Below, in pieces: positions 21,662 to 34,469 of a stretch of 53,914 nt of DNA. This stretch comes from Octopus bimaculoides (Eukaryota), in assembly GCF_001194135.2 (NCBI RefSeq), contig NC_068984.1, forward strand, positions 41,955,349 through 42,009,262, given 5' to 3'. The notes below the pieces were generated by a model. It worked only from the letters and a program-made list of their open reading frames with translations. It was not told the origin of the DNA and ran no database searches. Numbering within the stretch: position 1 is the first letter of the stretch; the number at the start of each line of letters is the position of its first letter. Position numbers and translations under genes: made by a program.

Positions 21662-23070
21662 AAGGTTTCCTTTTTAAAGGAAAAAAATGAGAGGACAATT
21701 ATTTACAGGACATACGCAGTGGCAACGAGAAAAATTGAAGTAGTATTAGCAGCCCAAGTTTAAAAGGCGCTGAGACCAGTCTTGTAAGGGATTTCCTACC
21801 TTTCCAGGGGAAGAAAGTATGGAATGGTGGAGGTGCAGTTTCGGGAGATAGCTACCGCCAGACTACACTCAGCAATACCATTAAAAAATGACGAAGTGGT
21901 GCTTCTACCCGTATACCTTGGGAGACGTGCTTCCAAGGTTAGGGTAGAAGACACCCCCAGAAATGAATGTAGCCTGGCTGGTGGCCGCCATACTGCTAGG
22001 CATGGAGGAGGGTAGTGGTCCTGCAGGCCACCAGAACACCCTACAGGAACTGGAAAGGGCAGAGCCTAGACATGGTAGTACAGGTGGCCCCGGAAGATAA
22101 TGAAACGGCCGGAGAAATGATACTAAGAGTTAGAGTGGAAGAGAGGATTCCGCGGTGCTGTAAATGTGGCATTAAAGGCCACATTAGAGCGGATTGTCCT
22201 CATCACCTGTGAAGGCTAAGGAAAAGCAAGAGAGTGAGAAAGTAGTTGGTACTCCACTGCCCATGGAGGCTGAGGAGAAGCACGAGAAGGAGATTGAGAC
22301 GGCACCACAGACAAAATCTGGCACCAGCGTCGAAGAAGAGGAGGTGAATATCGGCTGGGAAACGGCGGGGAAAAAAAGAAGAAAGAAGAGAAAAAGACAC
22401 GTGGTAAAGGACGACCCCCATCCCACACCCACCCGGCTCCCACTCACACCCACTCTACTTCCAACCACTCCCTACAGACACCAACCCTCTCCATACCCCG
22501 CCTGACATAAACACAAGCACAAACACACAGGAGCCCCACATTTCCCCATCCCGCCCCTTGGATAAATTTGTAATATTGTACAATAGACAAAAAGAAGAAC
22601 TTTGTAATGAGATAAAGACATGGGACAGAGCAATAGAAGTGAATGTAACAAGGGTAGGAGGGTTGCCCGAGGACGTTTGCCGTACAGTGGCGGACCCGGA
22701 GTACCTCTCGAGATTGAGGAATTACGAGGAAGAAATTGACTTTGATTGGTGGGTTAAGAAAATGGACATCAGCACAATGCCTAAAAGGGTAAGTTGTGCA
22801 TATATTTTAAAGGAACTTAGCATAGACATTTTCCAAAAAAGTGGAAATTAGCTGTTACAATGGTATTATCAGTGTTAGTATAACCTAATGTTTAAAAAAA
22901 AAGGTTGTATTAACGGGTTCAATGAAGTTGCTCGGAGATGGGGCCGAGCGGCTTCATTTCATTTTTCATTATATTCAATTCATCCTTCCCATTCGTTTAG
23001 TTTTTTCTCCCCACCTTGTGCTGTCCCCTCTATGTATGGCTTCCATAGCCAATATCATAAAATAAAGCAG
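21662..23070 (+). mobile_element. Single-ORF ORF1/gag-like non-autonomous retroelement, copy 2 (5' end lost in gap)
   Basis: RGRKYGMVEVQF segment, CCHC knuckle CCKCGIKGHIRADC, K/E-rich linker and C-terminal domain; the 3' UTR resembles copy 1 and ends in AAATAAAG. Confidence 0.78.
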
Positions 23071-23559
23071 TTCACTGTGAGAAGACGGTTAACCTCGTGT
23101 AACAGTAATCGTAGTGCGTCGTGTGAATACTCTCTTTCCTTTTGCTTCGTTAAATTAATTATCCAACTCCCGGACATAAAACTGTCTTTCTATCAATATC
23201 TTTGTCTGTCTGTCTGTCTGTCTGTCTGTGTTTGTGTTTAAATTATTATTATTATCATATAATTTAGCATCTGCTTTCCATTCTATTGTGAACAGGACGG
23301 TTGATCTTTATCCGGATAGTCTCGCTTCCTCGTCACGATTTTTGGTAGGGTTTATGTGACTGGATGTTCTTTATGGGGTCAACTCATTTGCAGAGTGTTG
23401 TGAGTGCGTTTCGTGATGGCAATGGCACTGGAGAAGTTGTCATATCCTCAGCAAGACTAGGCTGTCTTCTCGGTACTACATCATCTCCACTTTGAAAATC
23501 ATTTCAGTAGCCAAAAATACTGTTAAATACTTCCCATCTATTCCAGAATAAGAATTTGA

Positions 23560-23875
23560 TAAAAAGACCACTCTTTTTCTAGACGGAGCACCGTGCCATG
23601 CAAGCAAAGTTTCACAAACTTGGAAAAGAACTCATGATTCGAATACTTGAAATAGACTACTTAAATCTCTGAACTTATTCCTATAGAACATGTATGGAAA
23701 TATCATGGAATAAGAATGCGACTTAGTCTAAAATTGCATCAACTACAAAGTTTGAAAAAAGCATTGACTAATAGCTTAATCAACCTGGTATTGTACATCA
23801 TTGATGATTTTTAATGAATTCATGCGTATTCGGGAGAAAGCCGTGATTAGCTAATGGAGAGCCTACAAAATATTT
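23560..23875 (+). mobile_element. Tc1-like transposase C-terminal fragment (degraded)
   Basis: DGAPCHASKVS..W, then LNL.(P)IEHVWK, then AVI.ANG.PTKY; DD34E-type C-terminus. Confidence 0.72.
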
Positions 23876-24009
23876 ATACAAATTTTCATTTACTGATAAT
23901 TTTTCATTATAAATTGAATTAACATTGCGTTTATTATCCTGGATATAAAGGTATTGTAAGTCACTGGCTTACCGTAGATATTTGCCTACATTAGTTATTA
24001 GTATAAAGC

Positions 24010-24016
24010 TATTGCG

Positions 24017-24069
<53 letters not shown>

Positions 24070-24230
24070 ATGTATATATATATTTACATACATACACACA
24101 CATACATATGCATGTATCCATATACATAATGTTTGCATCTGTATATATATATGCACACATACATAGTACATATATACATATATATGCACTCATATATACT
24201 ACTCGCACCCACATATATACACATATATTA
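24010..24230. repeat. Compound TA/TG/CATA microsatellite
   Basis: Direct reading. Confidence 0.9.
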
Positions 24231-24257
24231 GTAATATAAAAAGATTGATGAACGTAC

Positions 24258-24475
24258 TTTGTCAGAGAGGCCGGAGAGATGACCATCTTAGATGCTTGTC
24301 CCGCTTTATCTTCGGTCAGGTTCATCATGACCTCATCAGTATTGATTGTTAAAATGCTTATGTAGCCTTGATCATCTCCAATTAATAATGAGTCTTGTGT
24401 AGTATTTTCGTCTTGTAACAATGCTAATGTAAGACATTGTGGCGTATTGTCGAAAGGTCGGATGCAAATGGGGTG
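24258..24475 (-). CDS. WDR64: WDR64 exon (HPICIRPFDNTPQCLTLALLQDENTTQDSLLIGDDQGYISILT...SPASLT)
   Basis: aaaactgtag acceptor, AA|gtacgt donor, phase 0 to 2. Confidence 0.88.
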
Positions 24476-24604
24476 CTACAGTTTTTCAGAAAATTACATA
24501 AAACCATGACGCACATGAACTGCCGTTATATTGCGATTTTCACATGTAAGCACATAACACCACCACCACCAATACCAACAATAATAATAATAATAATGCT
24601 TTCT

Positions 24605-24929
24605 ACTGGAATCACAAGGCCTCAAATTTGGGGAAAGGGATTAAGTCGATTACATCGACCCCAGTGCGTAACTGGAACTTGTTTAATCAACCCCGAAAGG
24701 ATGAAAGGCAAAGTCGACCTTGGCGGAATTTGAACTCAGAACGTAGCGGTAGATAAAATACTGTTAAGGATTTCGCCCGGAGTGCTAACGTTTCTGCCAG
24801 CTCGCCGCCTTAATAATAATTGTAATAATAATCCTTTCTATTATAGGCACAAGATCTGAAATTTTGGGGAGGGCGATAGTCGATTACATCGACCCCAGTG
24901 CGTAACTGGAACTTGTTTAATCAACCCCG
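24605..24929 (-). mobile_element. Two tandem SINE family 1 copies (second truncated by gap)
   Basis: Full copy 24605-24810 and 3' part 24840-24929. Confidence 0.88.
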
Positions 24930-25635
24930 NNNNNNNNNNNNNNNNNNNNNNNNNNNNNNNNNNNNNNNNNNNNNNNNNNNNNNNNNNNNNNNNNNNNNNN
25001 NNNNNNNNNNNNNNNNNNNNNNNNNNNNNNNNNNNNNNNNNNNNNNNNNNNNNNNNNNNNNNNNNNNNNNNNNNNNNNNNNNNNNNNNNNNNNNNNNNNN
25101 NNNNNNNNNNNNNNNNNNNNNNNNNNNNNNNNNNNNNNNNNNNNNNNNNNNNNNNNNNNNNNNNNNNNNNNNNNNNNNNNNNNNNNNNNNNNNNNNNNNN
25201 NNNNNNNNNNNNNNNNNNNNNNNNNNNNNNNNNNNNNNNNNNNNNNNNNNNNNNNNNNNNNNNNNNNNNNNNNNNNNNNNNNNNNNNNNNNNNNNNNNNN
25301 NNNNNNNNNNNNNNNNNNNNNNNNNNNNNNNNNNNNNNNNNNNNNNNNNNNNNNNNNNNNNNNNNNNNNNNNNNNNNNNNNNNNNNNNNNNNNNNNNNNN
25401 NNNNNNNNNNNNNNNNNNNNNNNNNNNNNNNNNNNNNNNNNNNNNNNNNNNNNNNNNNNNNNNNNNNNNNNNNNNNNNNNNNNNNNNNNNNNNNNNNNNN
25501 NNNNNNNNNNNNNNNNNNNNNNNNNNNNNNNNNNNNNNNNNNNNNNNNNNNNNNNNNNNNNNNNNNNNNNNNNNNNNNNNNNNNNNNNNNNNNNNNNNNN
25601 NNNNNNNNNNNNNNNNNNNNNNNNNNNNNNNNNNN

Positions 25636-25671
<36 letters not shown>

Positions 25672-25675
25672 TGAA

Positions 25676-25714
<39 letters not shown>

Positions 25715-25839
25715 ATTTAAAAAAAAACCCTGACATAAACAATAACAAACAAGGAAAAAAAAAGCGAAGTTGGTTACTAATTGATCCATCAGTCCGTTAG
25801 ACGAAAAACAAAAATAAATAAATAAATAAAATCCCTTAA

Positions 25840-26080
25840 AATTTAAAATTTTGATTGCAAGAATTTGGAGTATGAAAACTGTAAAGGTTGTGCCTGTAAT
25901 AATTGGTACTTTGGGAACTGTAATCAAAGATATAGATAAATGGTTGAAAGAGATTGGAATAGAATGTCCTGTAGAGTTTCTACAGAAAGTTTGCCTCTTA
26001 AAGATAGGGTAGCTTATCAGAAGGATTCTAAGCACTTAAAAGACTATAGAAGGCTCGTAGATACCTAAGGTTACACGTAA
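25840..26080 (+). mobile_element. R4/Dong-like element, extreme 3' end plus (TAA)n tail
   Basis: IARIWSMKTVKVVPVIIGTLGTV.KDIDKWLKEIGIEC.VEFLQKVCLL...RRILST*, then a short UTR and (TAA)n. Confidence 0.8.
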
Positions 26081-26097
26081 TAATAATAATGATGATG

Positions 26098-26155
<58 letters not shown>

Positions 26156-26964
26156 GCTAATAGAAATTGAAAAAATGNNNNNNNNNNNNNNNNNNNNNNN
26201 NNNNNNNNNNNNNNNNNNNNNNNNNNNNNNNNNNNNNNNNNNNNNNNNNNNNNNNNNNNNNNNNNNNNNNNNNNNNNNNNNNNNNNNNNNNNNNNNNNNN
26301 NNNNNNNNNNNNNNNNNNNNNNNNNNNNNNNNNNNNNNNNNNNNNNNNNNNNNNNNNNNNNNNNNNNNNNNNNNNNNNNNNNNNNNNNNNNNNNNNNNNN
26401 NNNNNNNNNNNNNNNNNNNNNNNNNNNNNNNNNNNNNNNNNNNNNNNNNNNNNNNNNNNNNNNNNNNNNNNNNNNNNNNNNNNNNNNNNNNNNNNNNNNN
26501 NNNNNNNNNNNNNNNNNNNNNNNNNNNNNNNNNNNNNNNNNNNNNNNNNNNNNNNNNNNNNNNNNNNNNNNNNNNNNNNNNNNNNNNNNNNNNNNNNNNN
26601 NNNNNNNNNNNNNNNNNNNNNNNNNNNNNNNNNNNNNNNNNNNNNNNNNNNNNNNNNNNNNNNNNNNNNNNNNNNNNNNNNNNNNNNNNNNNNNNNNNNN
26701 NNNNNNNNNNNNNNNNNNNNNNNNNNNNNNNNNNNNNNNNNNNNNNNNNNNNNNNNNNNNNNNNNNNNCTGAGAAGAGCATTATCGCTGTGAAAACAACA
26801 TCCATTCATGAATTTTGTTTTGTTTTCTTAAATACATGTTTTACCTGTGAATTTGCGTGTGTAAACTGGGAAAGCATACAACGAGTTTCTCTGCCCTAGG
26901 TGTACGGAAAACACTCGGCGAGAAATGGAAGAAAATTTGAAGAAAGAAGAAAAAAAACAACAAC

Positions 26965-27019
<55 letters not shown>

Positions 27020-27024
27020 TGATG

Positions 27025-27345
27025 ATGTACTTGCATAAAAAAGTACAAGAGAAGGCACGACAGCATTTCCAGATTGATTCATTTGAAGCTCTGTGATAAA
27101 TATGACATGATCGGAAGTGAGAAATGATTTGAGCACCAGCTGGAAAGGATTGCTGAAAACGAACAATATAAGATCTTGTGGGACATAACCACCCAGTGTG
27201 ACCATTTTATCGTGACTAGAAAAAACCTTGATATTGTTGTCGTAGAAAAGAAGAAAAACAAAACATATATCATCGATATTGCTTCACCATTGGCCCACAG
27301 GTTGAATCAGAAGGAGAGTGAATAAGTAGAGGAATATCAGGATAG
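27025..27345 (+). mobile_element. R4/Dong-like RLE endonuclease fragment
   Basis: KYKRRHDSISRLIHLKLC...ENEQYKILWDITTQCDH...DIVVVEKKKNKTYIIDIASP...EYQD, with in-frame stops. Confidence 0.82.
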
Positions 27346-27549
27346 TCTAACGTTTATTTGATAGAGATAGTAAACTGTTCATTGTAGGAAAACCAACAAT
27401 TAGTCAATAACTTGAAGCAGTCGTTTAACGGATACTCTTCTGATCATTTTAGCCAGTGGACCGTGGCCACGTTTGAGTACCTTCAGTCGGGAGGAACAAC
27501 GAATAATTCCACTATTGTATTAAATAGTAGAATATTTTCTCGAACTCAC

Positions 27550-27654
27550 CTGTGATTTTCCTTTGCTGTCCCAGATGCAGAGACTTCTTTCTGTACAGAT
27601 TGCAACACGCCGCAAATTCGGTAGATATATACAACCTGTAACCCAAGAAGGTTC
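27550..27654 (-). CDS. WDR64: WDR64 exon (EPSWVTGCIYLPNLRRVAICTERSLCIWDSKGKSQ)
   Basis: aattttcag acceptor, CAG|gtgagt donor, phase 0 to 0. Confidence 0.92.
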
Positions 27655-28390
27655 CTGAAAATTATATCATAAATTATAATGTAAATGTCATTTTAAAATT
27701 GATAATTTATTATAATTGCTTATTTTTCTTTGGTTTATTAGTTGATTATATATTATATTTATTTTAAATTATTCATAAAAAGTTTTTCCTTTTCTCTTAT
27801 ATCTGTTTCGCATTCGCAACTGCCCAGTCGGTAGAGTGTTGGCCAAAGAACAAACAGAACGGTTCTTATCAACGTAAGCGGCATTGCCTTGTATGACCAT
27901 AAATACTTACTCCCCCTCCCACCAACTCGCCAGTTCTATACAGACATCATGCCGGATGGGGCACAGTTAAAGATCAAAAGAAAGGAAACGCTTTATAATT
28001 AACAGGTGTTTTATTAAATGCAGTCATAACTGCATACGCGTGACATTCCAATGTTTACCATTCCCGTGTTTCCCTGCATATGAAGCTATCCTATAATCTC
28101 AGCCAGTGTTATTATTGAACTTGGAAACTGTTATTGACAACCCATCACACGTTAAGCTCATTTACGGGACATGCTACCTTGGTTAATGTCTTATTCGACA
28201 GGTCGATGGTCATGGCAGCAATAATTATATTATCAACCGTATTTTAAAATTATTCTCAGAATATATTCTTTTAGTTGCACCAAACAATTTAAGCTGACTA
28301 TAAACATCTCATATTTCTCCCGTAAACACGTAGGGAACTATGCTTATTTAGGCGTAGTTACCTCCCTTGACAGCGGGTTTAAACAAATTG

Positions 28391-28406
28391 ACACTAGATG
28401 GCGCTA
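28391..28406 (+). promoter_or_regulatory. CTCF-motif-like site ACACTAGATGGCGCTA
   Basis: Close to the CTCF core consensus CCACYAGRKGGCRC. Confidence 0.4.
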
Positions 28407-29139
28407 GAGCGTGAGATTCTGGCACGAGGCCTTCCGACTACCTCTTTCTGCATCGGGACACGAGGCTGTGAAGTTATAACTTAACAGGCTCTCTCTCACA
28501 CCACACACCAGTAGCAGATAGGAGCTAACGCACAGGAGAAGACCATGGCTTCTACGCATAAAACCATTTTCATTTATCATCCAGCTTTTATATATACGTG
28601 TGGTCACATTAAAGGTATTTAAAGTTACCACCTTGTTCCATGTATTTCTTTATACCGTGTTCCTGTCAAGTGATATTACAGCCTTCTGAGTAGAGTCACA
28701 TTAGATGGCTCCACAACTTATCCATCTATACTTAATTAACAGAAATTAAAAGAAATTAAATATTCAAGTTCACAAGTCAATTTCGCTTCTAATTTGCTAC
28801 AATGTTATACCATAATACTTTTTCAAAGGACAAAGTTATCGCAACATTACGTTTCAATTTTACCTGTGGCACTGTTTCTAGCGAATACGTTAATGTTTTA
28901 TTGACTTTCTTTTAGCTAAGTTACATGGAAATAGGAGAGCTATTTAACTGATTACAGCGTTTCACTCTATATTATCGATACTAAAAGGATACAAATATGC
29001 TATTTCTTGAACTCGAGCATCTCATGCAATTTGGTCTTATCGGATGAAAAACCCGAGTCTCTTTTTTCTTAATCGATCCGCTTTTGATGCTTTCGTTAAC
29101 ATCACGTGCTTAAAATATGATAAACATATTGATTTCAAA

Positions 29140-29346
29140 TCTTGACACAAGGCCAGCAAGTTCGTGGGGTGGGTATAAGTCGATTACATCGACCCCAGTG
29201 TTTCACTGGTACTTACTTTATCGACCCCGAAAGGATGAAAGGCAAAAGTTGACCTCGGCAGAATTTGAACTCAAAACGTAAAGGCGAGCGAAATCCCGCT
29301 TAGCATTTTGTCCAGTGTACTAACGTTTCTGCCAGCACGCCGCCTT
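29140..29346 (-). mobile_element. SINE family 1, near full length
   Basis: Same head (ggcggcg.gctggcagaaacgttag) and core. Confidence 0.88.
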
Positions 29347-30129
29347 AATATGATAAGCATATTAATATGCTGTCTATGACTTGGCTTCGATTATTTATTT
29401 TAATGATTTCTCTTACTTCATGAAATGCCTTAGTTACACCATGGACGCCATAGTATTAATCTACTTAGCTTTGAATATCTTTCAAAATATCGACTGTATG
29501 TGTCTTGTTGGATTACGTTTAAACAAATTTGGATATGTTGGTGAAAGGTTGACATATAAATCTTGATTGTATCTCACCAATGACGTTAAATCGGAGCAAA
29601 CTACTAAACTTTCTCGATCATACTTTATTTTCATAGGAATAAAGTATCAAGTAATGAGGATTTCTAGGTGACGTGGAGCCGAACATACTGTCTAATGGAG
29701 AATGAATTCATTGCGTACCTAAATACATTCTACCCTAGCTCAGACTTAATCAGCTTATTTTTTATAGAAATTACTACAAGTATTTCTCTCCTAACGCCAC
29801 AATGATCCTCATAAAAAGACTCGTTTCTGGTTCTGTGAGGCGAAGGTGCAATTAAATCCAACGGTTCATTTTTAACAGCATTACAATACATAAACAACTA
29901 ATTACCACTATGAAATCCATACAATTTAAACTGTTTACTTGAAGTTATTTCTGTTACTCAACCGACATCAAAGTGCAGCCATCCTGTTATTTTGTCTGCA
30001 ATACATTGCTCATTATGTATTCCTTTCGTCTTTATATTTACTTAATAAAAGTACTAAATGTATGGCCACAACTATATTCTGTATCCACAATCCATACAAG
30101 TCATTAAAATGGTAAAAAATAGTACTTAC

Positions 30130-30159
30130 ATGAATATTAATAGAATGTTGAAGACGCAA
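30130..30159 (-). CDS. WDR64: WDR64 30-nt small exon (LRLQHSINIH)
   Basis: ttgtctatttcag acceptor, CAT|gtaagt donor, phase 0 to 0. It fills the 10-residue gap expected between WNSQ and EPSW. Confidence 0.85.
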
Positions 30160-30464
30160 CTGAAATAGACAAAAAGAAACTGTAAATACGGGAAATTATT
30201 CGTTAAGTTTCTTTCAACTCACATTCAAACTCGAGTGATCCTTAACCAACCTCCTCCTCCTCGTCGTCGTCGTCATCATCATCATCACCCCTACCACCAC
30301 CACCATCACACAATTTTGGTATTTATTCTTGTTTTGAAAAGAGTAAATATGGGGAACAGTGGCGACACATATGAAGTATAACGCCAATGCAAGGCCTCGA
30401 ATTACATGACCATTTTTAATGTTCGTTAAAAGATGTATATTTACATACCTGCATACATACATAA

Positions 30465-30505
<41 letters not shown>

Positions 30506-30984
30506 AAGAGAAAAAAGTCACTTTGAGTTAAACAGCAGTTACAACAATCAGAGGAGGCAGAAATATTGCAAGACTAACGAATATTTTGATAGTTTATGAT
30601 GCCGTGCTCAAATTTTTTTGCCTCAGTCATAGTGGAAATCCTAACACTGCGGTACTGTCTAATAAATTATCCACGCATCAATAATTATGTGAATAACTGT
30701 GCATTTTCAATTACTAGAAATTCTCCCTTCTTAATGTATACCTACTATCATTCAACATTAGGTTAATATACGTTAGATACATTATACTTATCAAACAATT
30801 TCGAGTAACAGGGCCAGTAAAGCGCCGGATTAAGTCAGTTACAGTATTTAGATATCTCCCTTGGTGTTGTGAACTCGAAACCCCACCGGGGTTGACTTTG
30901 TTTTTTACTACTTAGAAGTCAATTAAATGAGTCGTAGTTATATATTTCCCTTACGTTAATAATTTAACATTGCAAAAATTAATA

Positions 30985-31680
30985 AAGCGACGAGCTGGCA
31001 GAACCGTTAGCGCGCCATACGAAATGCTTAGAGGCATTTCGTCCGTCTTTACATTCTGAGTTCAATTTTCGTCGAGGTCGACTTTGCCTTTCATGCTTCG
31101 GAGTCGATAAAATAAGTAACANNNNNNNNNNGAGGCATTTCGTCCGTCTTTACATTCTGAGTTCAATTTTCGTCGAGGTCGCCTTTGCCTTTCATGCTTC
31201 GGAGTCGATAAAATAAGTAACAGTTGTACATTGAGGTCAATGTAATCGACTTGTCCTTCCCCAACGAAATTGCTGGCCTTTTGCTAAAATTTGAAACCAA
31301 TATTTCAGAAATTCCTTTCTACTATAGATACAAGGCTTGAAATTTCGGAGGATGGGAGTAAGACGATCACATCGCCCCCAGGGCTCAAATGATACTTATT
31401 TTATCGACCCTGAAAGGATGAAAGGCAAAGTCAACCTCAGCAGAATTTGAACTCAATTATGTCAGAAATTGATAAGGAGGTGAGCAAGCAGAATCGTTAT
31501 CACGCCGGGCAAAATTCTTAGCGGCATTTCGTCTGTCTTCATGTTCTGAGTTCAGTTTCCACCGAGGTTGACTTTGGCTTTTGATCCCTTTGGGGGTCGA
31601 TAAAATAAGTACCGATTGAGTACTGAATTCTATGTACTCGACTTGCTCCTTCACCTGGAATTTGGCCTTGTGCCAAAATT
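30985..31680. mobile_element. Cluster of SINE family 1 copies: + (30985-31260), - (31310-31460), + (31470-31680)
   Basis: Core motifs in alternating orientation. Confidence 0.82.
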
Positions 31681-31718
31681 TGAAATCAGTATTTTCAGAA
31701 ATTAATATTATTTCGTAC

Positions 31719-31825
31719 CTGGCTGTTCCATACAGTGACTACACCCTTCAGCGAGGCTGTTATATAACAATCTAAACCATCTGAGTAATGGATACTTTGC
31801 AGAGTATCTCTTTTACGGCAGTTTC
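31719..31825 (-). CDS. WDR64: WDR64 exon (GNCRKRDTLQSIHYSDGLDCYITASLKGVVTVWNSQ)
   Basis: tttttttgccag acceptor, CAG|gtacga donor, phase 1 to 0. Confidence 0.92.
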
Positions 31826-32699
31826 CTGGCAAAAAAAGAAAAAGTTGGAAAATTAAGCATTTGGTCAAGTTGCAAATAATATCGTATGCCCTCCTTTATT
31901 GTATTGGGCAACATAGTGGATGGAAAAGTAATTAGGTGTCAGATTAGTCTTATCCACGTAACACTTAAGTTTAAATCCCTAATTATAAAGATTCTTATGT
32001 GTATACATTACACTTTGACTGAGTATATCATCTAATCTACCTTTCATTCATTTGCATTGCAAATAAAACATGCTCACGTACATGATTGATTTTAAAACAG
32101 GTGTGTGNNNNNNNNNNNNNNNNNNNNNNNNNNNNNNNNNNNNNNNNNNNNNNNNNNNNNNNNNNNNNNNNNNNNNNNNNNNNNNNNNNNNNNNNNNNNN
32201 NNNNNNNNNNNNNNNNNNNNNNNNNNNNNNNNNNNNNNNNNNNNNNNNNNNNNNNNNNNNNNNNNNNNNNNNNNNNNNNNNNNNNNAAATAAGTACTGGG
32301 ATGGATTCATTCGACTAAAGCCCTTCAAGATGGTGCCTCAGCATGACCGCAGTCTAATGACTAAAACAAGTAAAAAATAAAATAATGCACTAATATGTAA
32401 TTTATAATATAGATAATATACGTCAAGTGCCGTGGATGCACCTGAGAAAATCAATTGAAAATCAATTAAATCAATTGAAAATCAATTAAAGCTTTTCATC
32501 ATTTTTCAATCTACAGAGAAAACGGTAAATTTGACATTTTTGTAGGTCTACACGTAGGTTTACATATCCTAATATGTATGTATGTATGTATGTATGTATG
32601 TGTATGAGTGTATGTATGCGCACACACACAGCTTGAAATTTTTTAACAATATACATAATACATACATACATACATACATACATACATACATACTTGTTT

Positions 32700-32890
32700 G
32701 TATATGTGAGCGTGTAAGGTATTTATGTATTTTTCCCCAAGCCATGATGATTACACAGCCCTTTGCTGCAATGTAATCATCCCCAGCAACTGAATTGTTT
32801 CCATAGCAGTTCTGCATTCTATGCTCACCATCCCCTTTGGTTCCTTCATAACTAAATCATAATTCACAATAACTTTTCACTCGAATGTAA
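32700..32890 (-). mobile_element. Possible Tc1-like transposase middle fragment
   Basis: FSYE...GDG..R and GCVIIMAWG resemble FSDE...DG and GGSVMVWG. Confidence 0.35.
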
Positions 32891-32994
32891 AGAAAGGTTT
32901 TGATGTTCATGACTTCCCCTGATGTATCATCATCAGACGTTATGTAAGATATCAAGCCATTACTCTAACTTGGGCATTATGGAGTGCTACTTAC

Positions 32995-33097
32995 CAGCAG
33001 CGTTACCAACCCTTCGCTTTTTGGATACATCAAAGACACTGGAACCTTCATCAGCTCCGTTGAATCTTTGCGAATTCGAGTTAAAGATGCTGAATAC
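32995..33097 (-). CDS. WDR64: WDR64 exon (VFSIFNSNSQRFNGADEGSSVFDVSKKRRVGNAA)
   Basis: ttttattccag acceptor, G|gtaagt donor, phase 0 to 1. Confidence 0.9.
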
Positions 33098-33479
33098 CTG
33101 GAATAAAAAGATTAAATCAAAAGGATTATATGCGAAAATGACATACTAATATACTTTTGCAATGATTTATTTTTAAACAAGAAAACCGTAAACTGATAGA
33201 GAGAAAAAATGCGCTTTAGTGGCATTCATACTTTTCTAAGGAAACGTTTTGCATTGAAGACATCTCTCATATCACTCCTATCAGAAGTTATCGTCCTCGG
33301 AGATAACAAAGTTTGCAACTTCTCTAGGTACTTGCATTGCCGTTCTGTCTCATTCCTTCCATTCAGATATGGAAGGAATTCAGACATGTCGGATATGAGA
33401 TTTGTGAGCCAATGAGCATTATCTGATAATCCTACTTCTAAATCGATACAAAAATCTCCAAATCATTAACATGCTGTTG

Positions 33480-33720
33480 TGCTGAATTAATACAGATGCC
33501 ACACTCTTCCTGCAACATCGCTTTTCTTATCCACAAAACTTATCTTTATCAAAACCTACCTAACGGATCGTCCGAGCAGTACCTAAACCAAGCTCACTCA
33601 CCGTTCATTCGCATACTTTGCAGTAATTTCTATCTATGAACGGTATGACATTTCAAGTTGGGGAACTTGTTAGCGTTTTGCTTTACATTAATTATGCTTT
33701 GTACTTCATTCAGATTAATA
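33480..33720 (+). mobile_element. Degenerate CR1/L2-type RT fragment
   Basis: FIKTYLTDR...NQAHSP...G.LV.VLLYIN resembles WI.SYLTDR...NG..S.....QGS.LGPLLFLLYIND. Confidence 0.38.
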
Positions 33721-34469
33721 CAGAATTGATGACCGAAACAATCCTCCCAGAAATGTCCCTTCACATTGCTCATACACCCCAAACTCTCGGACTTTCTACC
33801 ACCATTGCAATTATTTTGATTAGCTAAAAGGATTAAAAAAAACTTAGTTATATAGAATGCTCTGATATGAATTGATTACAATTTCGACCTCATAACGTCA
33901 GTGAATAACTGTGGAATACAGTGATATGCCTGAAGTAGAACTAGAGGAGGTTTAAAATTTATAATGAGAATCTTCAAGATATTTCAAGATTTTAAGATAT
34001 AAATAAATGTTTGGATTTCATATGAAAGTGAATACCTCGATATTGAAGTTAGGCCAGTTATGCAGTTGCTGTGCCCTAGGCAAGCTGAATTTCGGCTCCC
34101 TTATTTATATAATTTTAAAGCAATTTTGACCAGGGGTAAACATTTCAAATGTAGAAATGTGATGTCTTATTACGATTAATTAGATGTAAGAATTACATTC
34201 ATATTATCATCATAATCTTTTCCTTGTAATTCTTGAAATATTTCAGACACATGACATGGCGCCCCGAAGATGTATGGTGACGTAGGATTCTGTCTGAATT
34301 AACGGTACCTTAAGCCGGCTCTGGTTGAGGTACAATTAAGTAATATTCAAGTTACCTAAAACGTAATAAAATATAACGATGTGGGTATTTCCACTCTTTA
34401 TCAGAAATCATTGTTTCAGACTTCTGTTTGATGACATATTTCGATGACATATTTGAAATATTTCTTTAC

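Noticed and set aside
31031-31221. Tandem 90-bp duplication across a 10-N gap
   Set aside because: Near-identical copies either side of a small gap; most likely an uncollapsed contig overlap or allelic haplotypes.
33230-33445. About 70-codon minus-strand open frame ending at a GTATGA donor, as an extra WDR64 exon
   Set aside because: No phase-0 acceptor is available and WDR64 homology is continuous without it.
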